A stretch of 64,000 nt of DNA, taken from the NCBI GenBank assembly GCA_963693055.1, contig OY843751.1:2016001-2080000 (forward strand). Direction: 5' to 3'. The position numbers were made by a program, and so were the translations under genes. The notes beneath the pieces are model-generated. The model ran no database searches. It saw only the letters and a program-made list of their open reading frames with translations, and was not told the DNA's origin. This stretch comes from a bacterium (GTDB lineage Bacteria; Zhuqueibacterota; Zhuqueibacteria; Residuimicrobiales; Krinioviventaceae). Positions 48,580 through 57,821 of the stretch are shown here, in pieces (the stretch's first letter is position 1; every line of letters starts with the position of its first letter).

Positions 48580-49566
48580 ATGTATACTAAATATTTTAAA
48601 TTAAAAGAAGAACCTTTTACAACTACTCCGGATCCCCGCTTTTTATATGAAAGCGAAATGCATCAGGAAGCACTTGATCGCCTGATGATGGGTATAACCA
48701 GCAGACGCGGTATTAATGCTATTGTTGCTGAACCCGGTTTAGGTAAAAGCACAATCATCAGAACACTTTTGAACGGTTTAAATAAAAAAGTCCATTTTGC
48801 CTGGGTATTCAATACCACGATGGATATAAAAAATCTGATCAAATACATTTGTCAGGATTTTGGTTTTAAACCCAAGAGTGATGATTTGAGTGAAATTCTT
48901 TTAGAGTTTTATACCTTTTTGGTTAACGACTATCAAAAAGGGAATATACCCCTGTTAATAATTGATGAAGCACAAAACTTAAAGGCAGATGTGCTTGAAG
49001 AGATCCGTCAGCTTTCGAATCTGGAAACCATGCAGAATAAATTATTACAAATCATTCTGTCTGGCCAACCTCAACTCGATGTTATATTAGATTCTCCGGA
49101 ATTGCAGCAATTAAAACAGCGGATATCCTTAAAAGCCATTCTTCGTCGTTTGGATTATAATGATACCGTTCAATATATACAGCATCGTTTAAAGGTTGCC
49201 GGCGCAAAACGTGATGATATTTTTACCGAAGCGTCTATGAAAATGATCAAAAAGATTTCCGATGGTGTACCCAGACTGATAAACCAGGTGTGTGATAACG
49301 CACTCATGCTTGCGGCCCGTCGTGAAATGAAAAAAGTAGATTCCATTTTAATTGCAGAATTGTTTGAAAAAGGCATGGTTATGGCCGCTGGTCCTGAACC
49401 CGTAAGCTCTCGTTCAAATTATACTGCACTCAAGCAACGTAAACAAGTAGAGACTGAAAATTTACACCCACATCCCCAAACGACAGTTAAACCGCTTCCC
49501 AATATTATGGAATCGATTTCAGATGAATTTGGTGGATTGGACCTGAACCGATTAACAATAAACTGA
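48580..49566 (+). CDS. ExeA/GspA-family AAA+ ATPase
   Basis: F.L.E.PF..TPDPRFLY, PGLGKST, IIDEAQNL, GQPQL, GVPRLIN..CDNAL. Confidence 0.9.
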   Translation: MYTKYFKLKEEPFTTTPDPRFLYESEMHQEALDRLMMGITSRRGINAIVAEPGLGKSTIIRTLLNGLNKKVHFAWVFNTTMDIKNLIKYICQDFGFKPKSDDLSEILLEFYTFLVNDYQKGNIPLLIIDEAQNLKADVLEEIRQLSNLETMQNKLLQIILSGQPQLDVILDSPELQQLKQRISLKAILRRLDYNDTVQYIQHRLKVAGAKRDDIFTEASMKMIKKISDGVPRLINQVCDNALMLAARREMKKVDSILIAELFEKGMVMAAGPEPVSSRSNYTALKQRKQVETENLHPHPQTTVKPLPNIMESISDEFGGLDLNRLTIN

Positions 49567-49583
49567 TTTTTTGAGGTGCTAGA

Positions 49584-50477
49584 ATGAGCGTTGTCCATGA
49601 ATTGTTGTGTCAGATCGAAGAAAAGGAAAATTTACAATATTTCCGTCAGCCTGCCCCTGTAGAGACCACTACAGATAATGGTTTATTTGTATTTGATCTG
49701 CCAAAAGAGATCATAAATGATTTTTACGGTCTCAAAGAATATGTCCGTATCGCCAATCGTGGTGGCAACGTTCGGGTTTTGTCTATTACAAGTTCTACTT
49801 ATGGTGAAGGTGCTTCTACCATAGCTACTTATCTAAGTTTTTTAATGGCCGGTGGTCTTGTAAAGCAACCGGCGGTTCCTGCTGCACAACAGGAAAACAA
49901 TTCACTGTTTAATGACAGTTTGCGAGCACTAGTAAATCACAATCGTAAATCTAATGTTGTTCCCATGGATAACGAATCCTCAAACTCGAGATTTTCAAAC
50001 AGAGATGATATATTACTCATCGATGCAAATCTTGAACAGCCCGGTCTGCACCGGTATTTCGGATTACCCGATGAGATGGGCCTGGGCGAAATTATTGAAC
50101 AAAATCAAGACTGGAAAGAATATGTCCGGTCTGTTGATAATAGTAATTTAAAGATCATCACTGCGGGCAGTGCTGAATCTAAATCCATCGAATTGTTAAG
50201 CTCTGACAGGTTTCGCGCTCTGGTACGTCAGTGGCGTAACACTTTTAAATATGTAATTATTGATACACCCCCGGTATTGAACTCTATTGAATCTCTTAGT
50301 ATTGCGTCAGTATCTGATGGTGTAATTCTTATAGTTTGTGCCGGACAAACCCGCTGGGAAAACGCACAAACCGCAAAAATGAAATTAATGTCTGCTAAAG
50401 CCAATGTGCTGGGAGTTGCCCTTAATCGCCGCAAGATGGATATTCCTGATGGACTATATAAACGACTGGTTTCTTAG
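49584..50477 (+). CDS. CpsD/CapB-like BY-kinase homolog with degenerate Walker A
   Basis: SSTYGEGAST (Lys replaced by Ala), LLIDAN, VIIDTPP, DGVILIV. Confidence 0.85.
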   Translation: MSVVHELLCQIEEKENLQYFRQPAPVETTTDNGLFVFDLPKEIINDFYGLKEYVRIANRGGNVRVLSITSSTYGEGASTIATYLSFLMAGGLVKQPAVPAAQQENNSLFNDSLRALVNHNRKSNVVPMDNESSNSRFSNRDDILLIDANLEQPGLHRYFGLPDEMGLGEIIEQNQDWKEYVRSVDNSNLKIITAGSAESKSIELLSSDRFRALVRQWRNTFKYVIIDTPPVLNSIESLSIASVSDGVILIVCAGQTRWENAQTAKMKLMSAKANVLGVALNRRKMDIPDGLYKRLVS

Positions 50478-50482
50478 GGGGA

Positions 50483-51973
50483 ATGGTGGCATCGGCTTCT
50501 CAAAATGTCTATTCTTCCCGGAATAATCCGGTTCCAATACTCATTGCAGTTGCATTACTTGGAGCAATTCTTTCCGTATGGGCTGTTTGGGCCCTTGATT
50601 TTAAATGGGCAGTTTTTACGGTAATGGGTGTTTTGTTTCCGTTTGCTATGGCAATAGTAGGCAAAGCAAGACGTTTTGTGCTGGCTTTATTGGTTTTTAC
50701 AATTCCCCTGAATATCGATTATAATATTTTGTTTCACCCCAGTCCCGGTGGTGCGAATGCGTTTACCATTGGTTTGACTGATATTTTTCTGTTTGTATTG
50801 ATTTGTATTACCCTTGTAAATCTGTTAAAATATAAGCATGAAATTCATTTTTCTTTTTTTCCTGTAATATCATTACCCGTTTTAGGATTATTCGTATTTT
50901 ACCTGATATCCATGATCAACGCCCGCGACTTGTTGTGGAGCGCTTTTGATATGTTCAGTTTGTTCAAAGTCTGGTTGTTTTTTCTTTTTGTTGCCAATAA
51001 TCTGGAAAATAAAAGCGATGTGAAACTGGTTATTGCGGCATTGTCTTTCGGTTTATTATTACAGGCCTTTTTTGTAACCCTCCAGTTTTTTAATGGACAA
51101 AGTATGCTCAATATGCTGGGTCTTGGAGCGTCATCTAAAATGCTGGCTTTTGAGATGCAGTCTTCCATGGTGAACCGACCGGGTGGTACCGTTGGGCATT
51201 GTAATCACCTTGCCCGATATATTGGCTTGTTATTGCCTTTGACACTGGTGCTTGCCCTGGTAAGTTATCGCCGGTCATGGCGTTGGTTCATGTCTATTGT
51301 TACACTAGCGGGTGTGATTGCCATGATCTTTACACTGACACGTAGTTCATGGATCGGTTTGTTGGGATCTGTGATGGTTATGGTGCCGGTTATGTTTGTT
51401 TGGCGACTTGTTAATTTTAGAACCATAACAGCCATGTTTGCTGTTTCTATTTTGTTCCTGTTGGTCATTTTTGCATTCAAAGATGTGATATGGGGACGAA
51501 TAACTTCTGATGACCTGGGTTCAGCAAAAACCCGTTTAACCACTGCCAAAGTTGCGTTTAATATAATCAAAGATCATCCTTTTATTGGCGTTGGAATCAA
51601 TAATTATGGTTCTGTTCTTGAACAATATTGGGATGCTGAAGATACATTTACCCGCAGAGCGGCTGTACATAATACCTATTTATTGTATATGGCTGAAATT
51701 GGACTGCTTGGATTTGCAGTTTATCTGTGGCTGCTTGTTGCTTTTTTTGCAAGAATAAAAACTGCAATTAAAAGTAGAATTAAATATTTTTCTGCTGTTG
51801 CAATTGGAATTTTGGGAAGCTTTATTGGATTTTTAATTATGGCATTTCCTGACAAGAGTTACAAGGAAAACATAACACTTTTGCTTGTGTTTTTTACTCT
51901 GGCCGCTATAATTGAAGGTATGAATCGAATTTCATCGCAAAATGAAATGACTCATGTTTTAGCAGAGAGATAA
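50483..51973 (+). CDS. O-antigen ligase/Wzy polymerase family membrane protein
   Basis: R..GT.GH.N.LA, T.TRS.W, HPFIGVG.NNY, VHNTYL...AE.G..G. Confidence 0.88.
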   Translation: MVASASQNVYSSRNNPVPILIAVALLGAILSVWAVWALDFKWAVFTVMGVLFPFAMAIVGKARRFVLALLVFTIPLNIDYNILFHPSPGGANAFTIGLTDIFLFVLICITLVNLLKYKHEIHFSFFPVISLPVLGLFVFYLISMINARDLLWSAFDMFSLFKVWLFFLFVANNLENKSDVKLVIAALSFGLLLQAFFVTLQFFNGQSMLNMLGLGASSKMLAFEMQSSMVNRPGGTVGHCNHLARYIGLLLPLTLVLALVSYRRSWRWFMSIVTLAGVIAMIFTLTRSSWIGLLGSVMVMVPVMFVWRLVNFRTITAMFAVSILFLLVIFAFKDVIWGRITSDDLGSAKTRLTTAKVAFNIIKDHPFIGVGINNYGSVLEQYWDAEDTFTRRAAVHNTYLLYMAEIGLLGFAVYLWLLVAFFARIKTAIKSRIKYFSAVAIGILGSFIGFLIMAFPDKSYKENITLLLVFFTLAAIIEGMNRISSQNEMTHVLAER

Positions 51974-51977
51974 TTGA

Positions 51978-52778
51978 ATGACTTCTCAAGACATTGCAGG
52001 CTTTATTGGTAATAGCAGTCTTTTAAGACGTTTGGCTTTTATTGCAGTTCATTTGACAACTTTGCGTGAATGGTATTTACGTAAAGTATTGAAACAAACT
52101 TTGAAAAAATCTTTTGCCTTTCTTGATGCCGGAAGTGGAATGGGGCAACATGCAGTTTGGATTGCTGAAAATTATCCACAATCTCAGGTTTTGGGAATTG
52201 ATACAGATAGCAGACAAATTGAGGATTGCCGACGTTTTGCCAAAAGAAACCATATCCCCAATCTGGCTTTTGAATCCGGTAGTCTTGATGAGGTAAAACT
52301 GGATACGGAATTTGACCATGTTCTTTGTGCAAGTGTTTTAGAACATATTGAGAACGATGATAAAGTTTTAAAATCTTTTCACAAAATTTTAAAACCCAAT
52401 GGTACTTTGATTGTTTATGTACCTGTCTCAGAAAAACGGGTTTTAAAAAGTTTGGAAAGAAAAATAAACAAAATGACAGAGCATGCAAATGCAAAATACC
52501 CGCATGAGCATGTGCGTTACTATAAACAAATAGAGTTGTTGGATAAATTAATGAAAAACGGCTTTAAAATTAAAACCAGTAAACAAACTTATGGCACATT
52601 TGGCAGATGGTCTTATGATATTGTTACTACTGTACAGTACAGTCGTTTTTTTAAATTGATTTTCCCTTTTTATTTTTTACTGGTGCATCCTTTTGTGATG
52701 TTCCTCATGTGGCTGGATATGCGTTCCGAAAACCTTGATGGGAATGGGTTATTGGTAGTGGCGGAAAAGGTGATATGA
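51978..52778 (+). CDS. Class I SAM-dependent methyltransferase
   Basis: LDAGSG.G, VLEHIE.D, LKPNG. Confidence 0.88.
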   Translation: MTSQDIAGFIGNSSLLRRLAFIAVHLTTLREWYLRKVLKQTLKKSFAFLDAGSGMGQHAVWIAENYPQSQVLGIDTDSRQIEDCRRFAKRNHIPNLAFESGSLDEVKLDTEFDHVLCASVLEHIENDDKVLKSFHKILKPNGTLIVYVPVSEKRVLKSLERKINKMTEHANAKYPHEHVRYYKQIELLDKLMKNGFKIKTSKQTYGTFGRWSYDIVTTVQYSRFFKLIFPFYFLLVHPFVMFLMWLDMRSENLDGNGLLVVAEKVI

Positions 52779-54202
52779 ATTATTTAAAATCGATAATTTC
52801 AAATACTGTTGCGCGAGGGTTAACCGAATTGGTGAACCGTGCAGGCGGTGCTGTGTTTTGGGTGATGGTGGCACGCTATCTCGGTATTTCAGGTTTAGGA
52901 ACGCTGGCCTATGCTTTATCCTTATTTTCTTTATTCTCTACCTTGTCATCTATGGGACTTGGTAGTGTAGCTGTTCGTGACATCGCCAAAGATAAAACCA
53001 AAGCGGGTGTTTACTTTGGGCAAGGCCTTTTGCTGGGTTTAGGGCTATCTATGCTTTTTGCCGGATTGATGATTACTACCAGTCTTGTATTGAAACCCGG
53101 AGAACACTCCATTTTTGCTTCTATTGCCATGGCTGTTGCAATTTTTCCGGCTTCCGGATTCTACTGGAGCAAAACCATGCTCAGTGCCGCAGAAAAGATG
53201 GGTTATATTGCCATTGCACGCGCACTTGAAAATAGTTTCAAAGTTATTGTTGGTTTGATCATGATTCTTTCAGGCGCCGGAATCAAAGAATTGGTGCTGG
53301 TTATTGTTTTCAGCAAAGTTGTTTCTTTTGCGGTTTGTTTTGCATTTGCTAGTGACAAAGTTGTTCGTCCAGTCTGGCGTTCAGACAAAGAGGTCTTGGG
53401 CCATTTGATCAAGCATGCCCCGTCATTTTCTCTTATTAATTTATTTAACAGTTTATTTTGGTCAATCTCTGTTTTATTACTAACGTCACTTCGTGGTGAA
53501 GCGGAAGCTGGTATTTTTAGTGCAGCTTTTAAATTGGTAGAGATATGTATAGCATTGGCGCTAGCATATGGGCAGGCATTTTTTCCGGTTATTTCCAGAA
53601 TTTCCCGAACTGAAAGAGAATTATTTCAACAGTTGTTCCAAAAGTCTATCAAATTTATTACCATTGCCACTCTGGCAGTTGCAGGAATTATGCAGGTCAT
53701 TGCACCCCAGTTGATTGTGCTTTTCTATGGCCCGGGTATGGACAGGGCAGTACCTGTATTGCAGGTTTTGATCTGGTTGATTGTACCTTTTGGTATTATA
53801 CCGGTAATGGCTTTTACGCTCATTAGTATTAATCAACAGAAATTTGACCTGGTTGCCAATATTTCCGGTACTATGATTCTATTTGTTATGAGCATGCTTA
53901 TTGTTCCGGTTTCGGGTGCTTTGGGTGCTGCAATTTCTATAGTCATTGCAGGATTTGTATTTTTGGCTGCCGAGTTGTTTGGCCTTTCCAGTAAATTCTT
54001 TCGCTTACAGAATGCTATAGAATGGCTTAAACCTCTGCCCGGTTTATTGTTGATGTGGAGTATTGCTTTTATATTAAAAGATTATCAGGTTTGGTTGTCT
54101 ATGTTCAGTGGTGCGGTTATGTATGTAATTTATTTGTGGTTGAGTAAAACAGTTACACAACCTGAAATTTTATACTTAAAAAAATGGGTTTCTGTCCGAT
54201 AA
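52775..54202 (+). CDS. wzx: Wzx flippase
   Basis: ARYLG, D/S.GL, G.FSAA, P..GALGAA; about 12-14 TM segments. Confidence 0.85.
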   Translation: MNYLKSIISNTVARGLTELVNRAGGAVFWVMVARYLGISGLGTLAYALSLFSLFSTLSSMGLGSVAVRDIAKDKTKAGVYFGQGLLLGLGLSMLFAGLMITTSLVLKPGEHSIFASIAMAVAIFPASGFYWSKTMLSAAEKMGYIAIARALENSFKVIVGLIMILSGAGIKELVLVIVFSKVVSFAVCFAFASDKVVRPVWRSDKEVLGHLIKHAPSFSLINLFNSLFWSISVLLLTSLRGEAEAGIFSAAFKLVEICIALALAYGQAFFPVISRISRTERELFQQLFQKSIKFITIATLAVAGIMQVIAPQLIVLFYGPGMDRAVPVLQVLIWLIVPFGIIPVMAFTLISINQQKFDLVANISGTMILFVMSMLIVPVSGALGAAISIVIAGFVFLAAELFGLSSKFFRLQNAIEWLKPLPGLLLMWSIAFILKDYQVWLSMFSGAVMYVIYLWLSKTVTQPEILYLKKWVSVR

Positions 54203-54212
54203 TAATAATGAG

Positions 54213-55205
54213 ATGATGAACGATAATGCTAAAATATTGCCCAGGATCTCTGTTATCATTCCGGTACGCAACCGGGATGATGTCATTCTAAGGACCCTGA
54301 ATGCACTTGAAAATCAGGATTATAACCAATCGCTGTATCAGGTGATTGTTGTGGATGATGCTTCGACAGATGAAACACTGGACCAGTTGATTGCTTTTTC
54401 GGCAGATACCCGAATAGATTTTATAATCATTCAGGGACCCGGTAAAGGTGCGGGATACGCTCGCAATCTTGCAATGGAACATGCCCAGGGCGAAATATTA
54501 TTATTTCTGGATGGTGATACAATCCCCGAACTGGATCTGGTGAGAAAACATGTTGAACTGCATGAACAGCATTATCATCCGGTGTGCATTATGGGACGAG
54601 TTGATATGTCACTCGAACTTGATATTCATCGTCAATACCGATTGTTTGATACAGAAATGCCTTTTCATTTTGATGAAATGCAGCGCGTAGATTGGCAAAT
54701 GTACCGGGCTGCAAATACTTCAATAACATGGTCTGCTATTCACAGTATTGGTGGTTTTGATCTGGAATTAAAAGCTGCTGAAGATACTGAATTGGCCTGG
54801 CGTTTGAATGATAAAGGGATTCCAATATATTATTATAATTCACTGGTTTGTATGCACCACCATCCCATTGATGTTGAAGGATATATGGAAAAAGGTGCCA
54901 TGTATGGACTTGCGGTAGGTGTCTGGTATCAAAAAGCGCCTGAAATTCGTCGTGAATTGGTATCCCGATATGGCGTTACCGCTCCGGAATTGACAGTATT
55001 TAGAAAGTTGAAACATACATTTAGAAGTGTTTTTATTAATCGATATACATTCCCTTTGATTGTTAAATCTGGCAAGCTGTTAAGAAAAATCTGGTTAAAG
55101 GGATCAGAAATTTTATTAAAGAGTGCTTTTCGGTTCAATACCCGAAAAGCTTTTGCAAATTATGTTTTTTCGAATACGGGTAATATAGCGGCGGGGAGGT
55201 CGTGA
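54213..55205 (+). CDS. Glycosyltransferase family 2
   Basis: SVIIP.RN, VVDDASTD, ARN, FLDGD, EDTEL. Confidence 0.92.
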   Translation: MMNDNAKILPRISVIIPVRNRDDVILRTLNALENQDYNQSLYQVIVVDDASTDETLDQLIAFSADTRIDFIIIQGPGKGAGYARNLAMEHAQGEILLFLDGDTIPELDLVRKHVELHEQHYHPVCIMGRVDMSLELDIHRQYRLFDTEMPFHFDEMQRVDWQMYRAANTSITWSAIHSIGGFDLELKAAEDTELAWRLNDKGIPIYYYNSLVCMHHHPIDVEGYMEKGAMYGLAVGVWYQKAPEIRRELVSRYGVTAPELTVFRKLKHTFRSVFINRYTFPLIVKSGKLLRKIWLKGSEILLKSAFRFNTRKAFANYVFSNTGNIAAGRS

Positions 55206-56461
55206 TGAGAGTATTAATGACCCATTGGAACTATGCACCGGAATTTTCAGGAGCTGCATTACAAGGACATCGGTTGTCTCTTGAGCTTATGAAACTTGGT
55301 ATAAAAGTAAATGTTTTGACCGGAACAGATAATCCGGATATGGTAGGAACTGACTATGTTGATGGTATCAAAGTCGTCAGGGTGTTGCGTGATAAATCAT
55401 CACGTTTGAAACATTTAAACTATGGCTGGGAAATGTTCAAACATGTATTACGCTTTCGCCATGAAGTGGATGTTGTTCATTCACATGGTTTTATTGCACC
55501 GGTAAATATTGCAGCCAAGCTTGCCAAATTGCCGGTTATTCAAAAAATTACCAACCTAAATGTTGATGATCCCATTACTGTGAGAAGACGTAAACTGGGA
55601 CATATACTGATCAAAATATTCAACTATTCACGTATTCTTGTTCCTACATCTCGTTTGCTGGAAAGAACCTGCAGACGTACTGATAATTCTCAACCCTTTT
55701 TCGCCAAAGTGTCTAATGGTGTTGATCCCAATCTGTTCAGGCCGGTTTCTGCTGATGAGAAAAAACAAATTAAACACCAGTTGGGTTTGCCTCGCAACCG
55801 TACAATTTTCCTTACGGTTGGTTCTGTTACCCATACAAAAGGATTGGATCTTTTGATCAATGCACTATATGAATTAAAACTTACGACATACGATGATTTT
55901 CTTTTATTGGTTATTGGGCCTAATCATTTGAGTAAAAGTTTTGGTTTGGGTGACGAACCTACCGATCCCTTTACCCGCAATCTCTTGCGTTCTATTAATG
56001 ATAAAGGTTTGTTTAAACATATAAAGTTTTTGGGAGTGCAGGCCAATATTCATGAATATATGCAGGCAGCCGATGTTTATATTCACTCAAGTCGTCAGGA
56101 AGGTCAGCCCAACGCTATATTGGAAGCCATGGCAAGTGCTATTCCGGTTGTTGCAAACCGTTTACCCGGTATAACCGATGAATTGCTGCAAAATGGACGT
56201 TATGGTTTTGTTGTAGATAGTGAAAATGATGTCGAGTTTGCTTCTGCCATCCGTGTATTGATGAAACATGAAAAAATACGTGGACGCATGGGAGCCTATT
56301 CACGTATAGAGATTTTGCAAAATTACAACCTTTGGAAGATCGCTGAAAAATATCGCTCATTATATTATAGCGTAGTTGATGAAGAAACGGTAGCAGAAGC
56401 GGGTATGCCGCAAGAAAATCAGTCTTTATTGTCAATATTGAACCATATTAAACACAAGTAA
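55202..56461 (+). CDS. Glycosyltransferase family 4
   Basis: NGVD, KGLD, EGQPNAILEAMA. Confidence 0.92.
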   Translation: MMRVLMTHWNYAPEFSGAALQGHRLSLELMKLGIKVNVLTGTDNPDMVGTDYVDGIKVVRVLRDKSSRLKHLNYGWEMFKHVLRFRHEVDVVHSHGFIAPVNIAAKLAKLPVIQKITNLNVDDPITVRRRKLGHILIKIFNYSRILVPTSRLLERTCRRTDNSQPFFAKVSNGVDPNLFRPVSADEKKQIKHQLGLPRNRTIFLTVGSVTHTKGLDLLINALYELKLTTYDDFLLLVIGPNHLSKSFGLGDEPTDPFTRNLLRSINDKGLFKHIKFLGVQANIHEYMQAADVYIHSSRQEGQPNAILEAMASAIPVVANRLPGITDELLQNGRYGFVVDSENDVEFASAIRVLMKHEKIRGRMGAYSRIEILQNYNLWKIAEKYRSLYYSVVDEETVAEAGMPQENQSLLSILNHIKHK

Positions 56462-56462
56462 T

Positions 56463-57143
56463 ATGGATCTGCAAGATCGTTTAGATAAACGTTTTTCACC
56501 GCAGGCTGTTGCATTCAAAAGAATCATCAGTAAAGTTGTACAGCCCATCAAGATTGAAAAAATTCTTGTTGTTGGTTGCGGCCGTGGATACGAAGCAATC
56601 AAATTACAAGAACTGTTTGGTGCAAAAGTTCATGGTGTTGATGTTGAACAGGAATTTGATGTCAGGGCTGAGCAATATGCACATTTGATCAACTATGATG
56701 GTGCAAACCTGCCTTTTACCGATAATCATTTTGACATTGTTTATTCATTCCATGTGCTTGAACATGTTAAAGTTGTGGATAATATGTTGTTTGAAATGAA
56801 ACGGGTGATAAATCCGGGAGGATGGGTTTATATAGGGGTTCCAAACCGTTCACGATTGTTTGGATATTTTGGGATGAAAGATAAATCATTTTCTCAAAAA
56901 TTAAAACAAAATTTGCATGACTGGCAGGCCCGTATTCAGGGCCGTTTTGAAAACCGTTATGGAGCTCATGCCGGGTTTTCAGATTCAGAATTAAAAAAGC
57001 TATTATTAAATCATTTTACCCATGTCGAAAATGTTACCGGATTGTATTATCAGAACAAACATAGTTATTTCAAGCTGTTGTTGCATTTACCCGGTTTCTC
57101 GAAATTTATTCTACCCTCTGTTTATTTTATTGCCTCAAAGTAA
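56463..57143 (+). CDS. Class I SAM-dependent methyltransferase
   Basis: VVGCGRG, LPF.D..FD.V, VLEHV, RVI.PGG. Confidence 0.88.
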   Translation: MDLQDRLDKRFSPQAVAFKRIISKVVQPIKIEKILVVGCGRGYEAIKLQELFGAKVHGVDVEQEFDVRAEQYAHLINYDGANLPFTDNHFDIVYSFHVLEHVKVVDNMLFEMKRVINPGGWVYIGVPNRSRLFGYFGMKDKSFSQKLKQNLHDWQARIQGRFENRYGAHAGFSDSELKKLLLNHFTHVENVTGLYYQNKHSYFKLLLHLPGFSKFILPSVYFIASK

Positions 57144-57252
57144 AGAGTATTACCTGTTTATACTGCAAATTTCCCCAAATTTGTTTTTAAATCTTGATTT
57201 ATTGACGGTAGTATGTTAATTTTATTTCGAATTGAAAATTAAAAGGTGAAAT

Positions 57253-57666
57253 ATGAAACCGAAAATAATCATTGGCTTTGTTGTTATTCTGTTCGCTTTG
57301 GGATTTGTAATTATTGGTGGTCTCCAGGAAACAGCTGTGTATTATATGACCGTACCGGAATTGCATGCTAAATCTTTACCCGAAGGTGAAGGTGTTCGCA
57401 TAAGTGGATATGTAGATCCAGAATCCGTGCAATGGAACGCTAAAGATATTGAATTACGTTTCAGTATGTATGAAGAAAGTGATACATTGAGTGTTTATTA
57501 CAAGGGAGTCATACCTGATCAGATTTATGACGCGCAAATTGTTGTAGCAGAGGGAACTCTTGCAAATGACGGTTCTTTGGTTGCCAGCAAAATTTTACTC
57601 AAATGCCCTTCAAAGTATGAAACCGGGGACCCAGGAGAACATCTGGAAGCAAAAACACAGATATAA
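57253..57666 (+). CDS. ccmE: Heme chaperone CcmE, Cys variant
   Basis: YY.T..E, RISG.V, V.Y.G..PD, VVAEG, KCPSKY. Confidence 0.88.
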   Translation: MKPKIIIGFVVILFALGFVIIGGLQETAVYYMTVPELHAKSLPEGEGVRISGYVDPESVQWNAKDIELRFSMYEESDTLSVYYKGVIPDQIYDAQIVVAEGTLANDGSLVASKILLKCPSKYETGDPGEHLEAKTQI

Positions 57667-57687
57667 AGAATAATAAATATAATTTTC

Positions 57688-57723
57688 AAGCCCTGGTCAT
57701 TATTGTGGTCAGGGCTTTTTTTT
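57688..57723 (+). terminator. Intrinsic terminator
   Basis: AAGCCCTGGTCA...TGGTCAGGGCTT followed by a T-run. Confidence 0.75.
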
Positions 57724-57821
57724 GTCTATTATATTTCATACTTTATATTTTTATACTCAAAATGGAACATTGATAGGTATGGATTGTTTATTAATAAACA
57801 AACGAATATAGGCGGGCAGGT

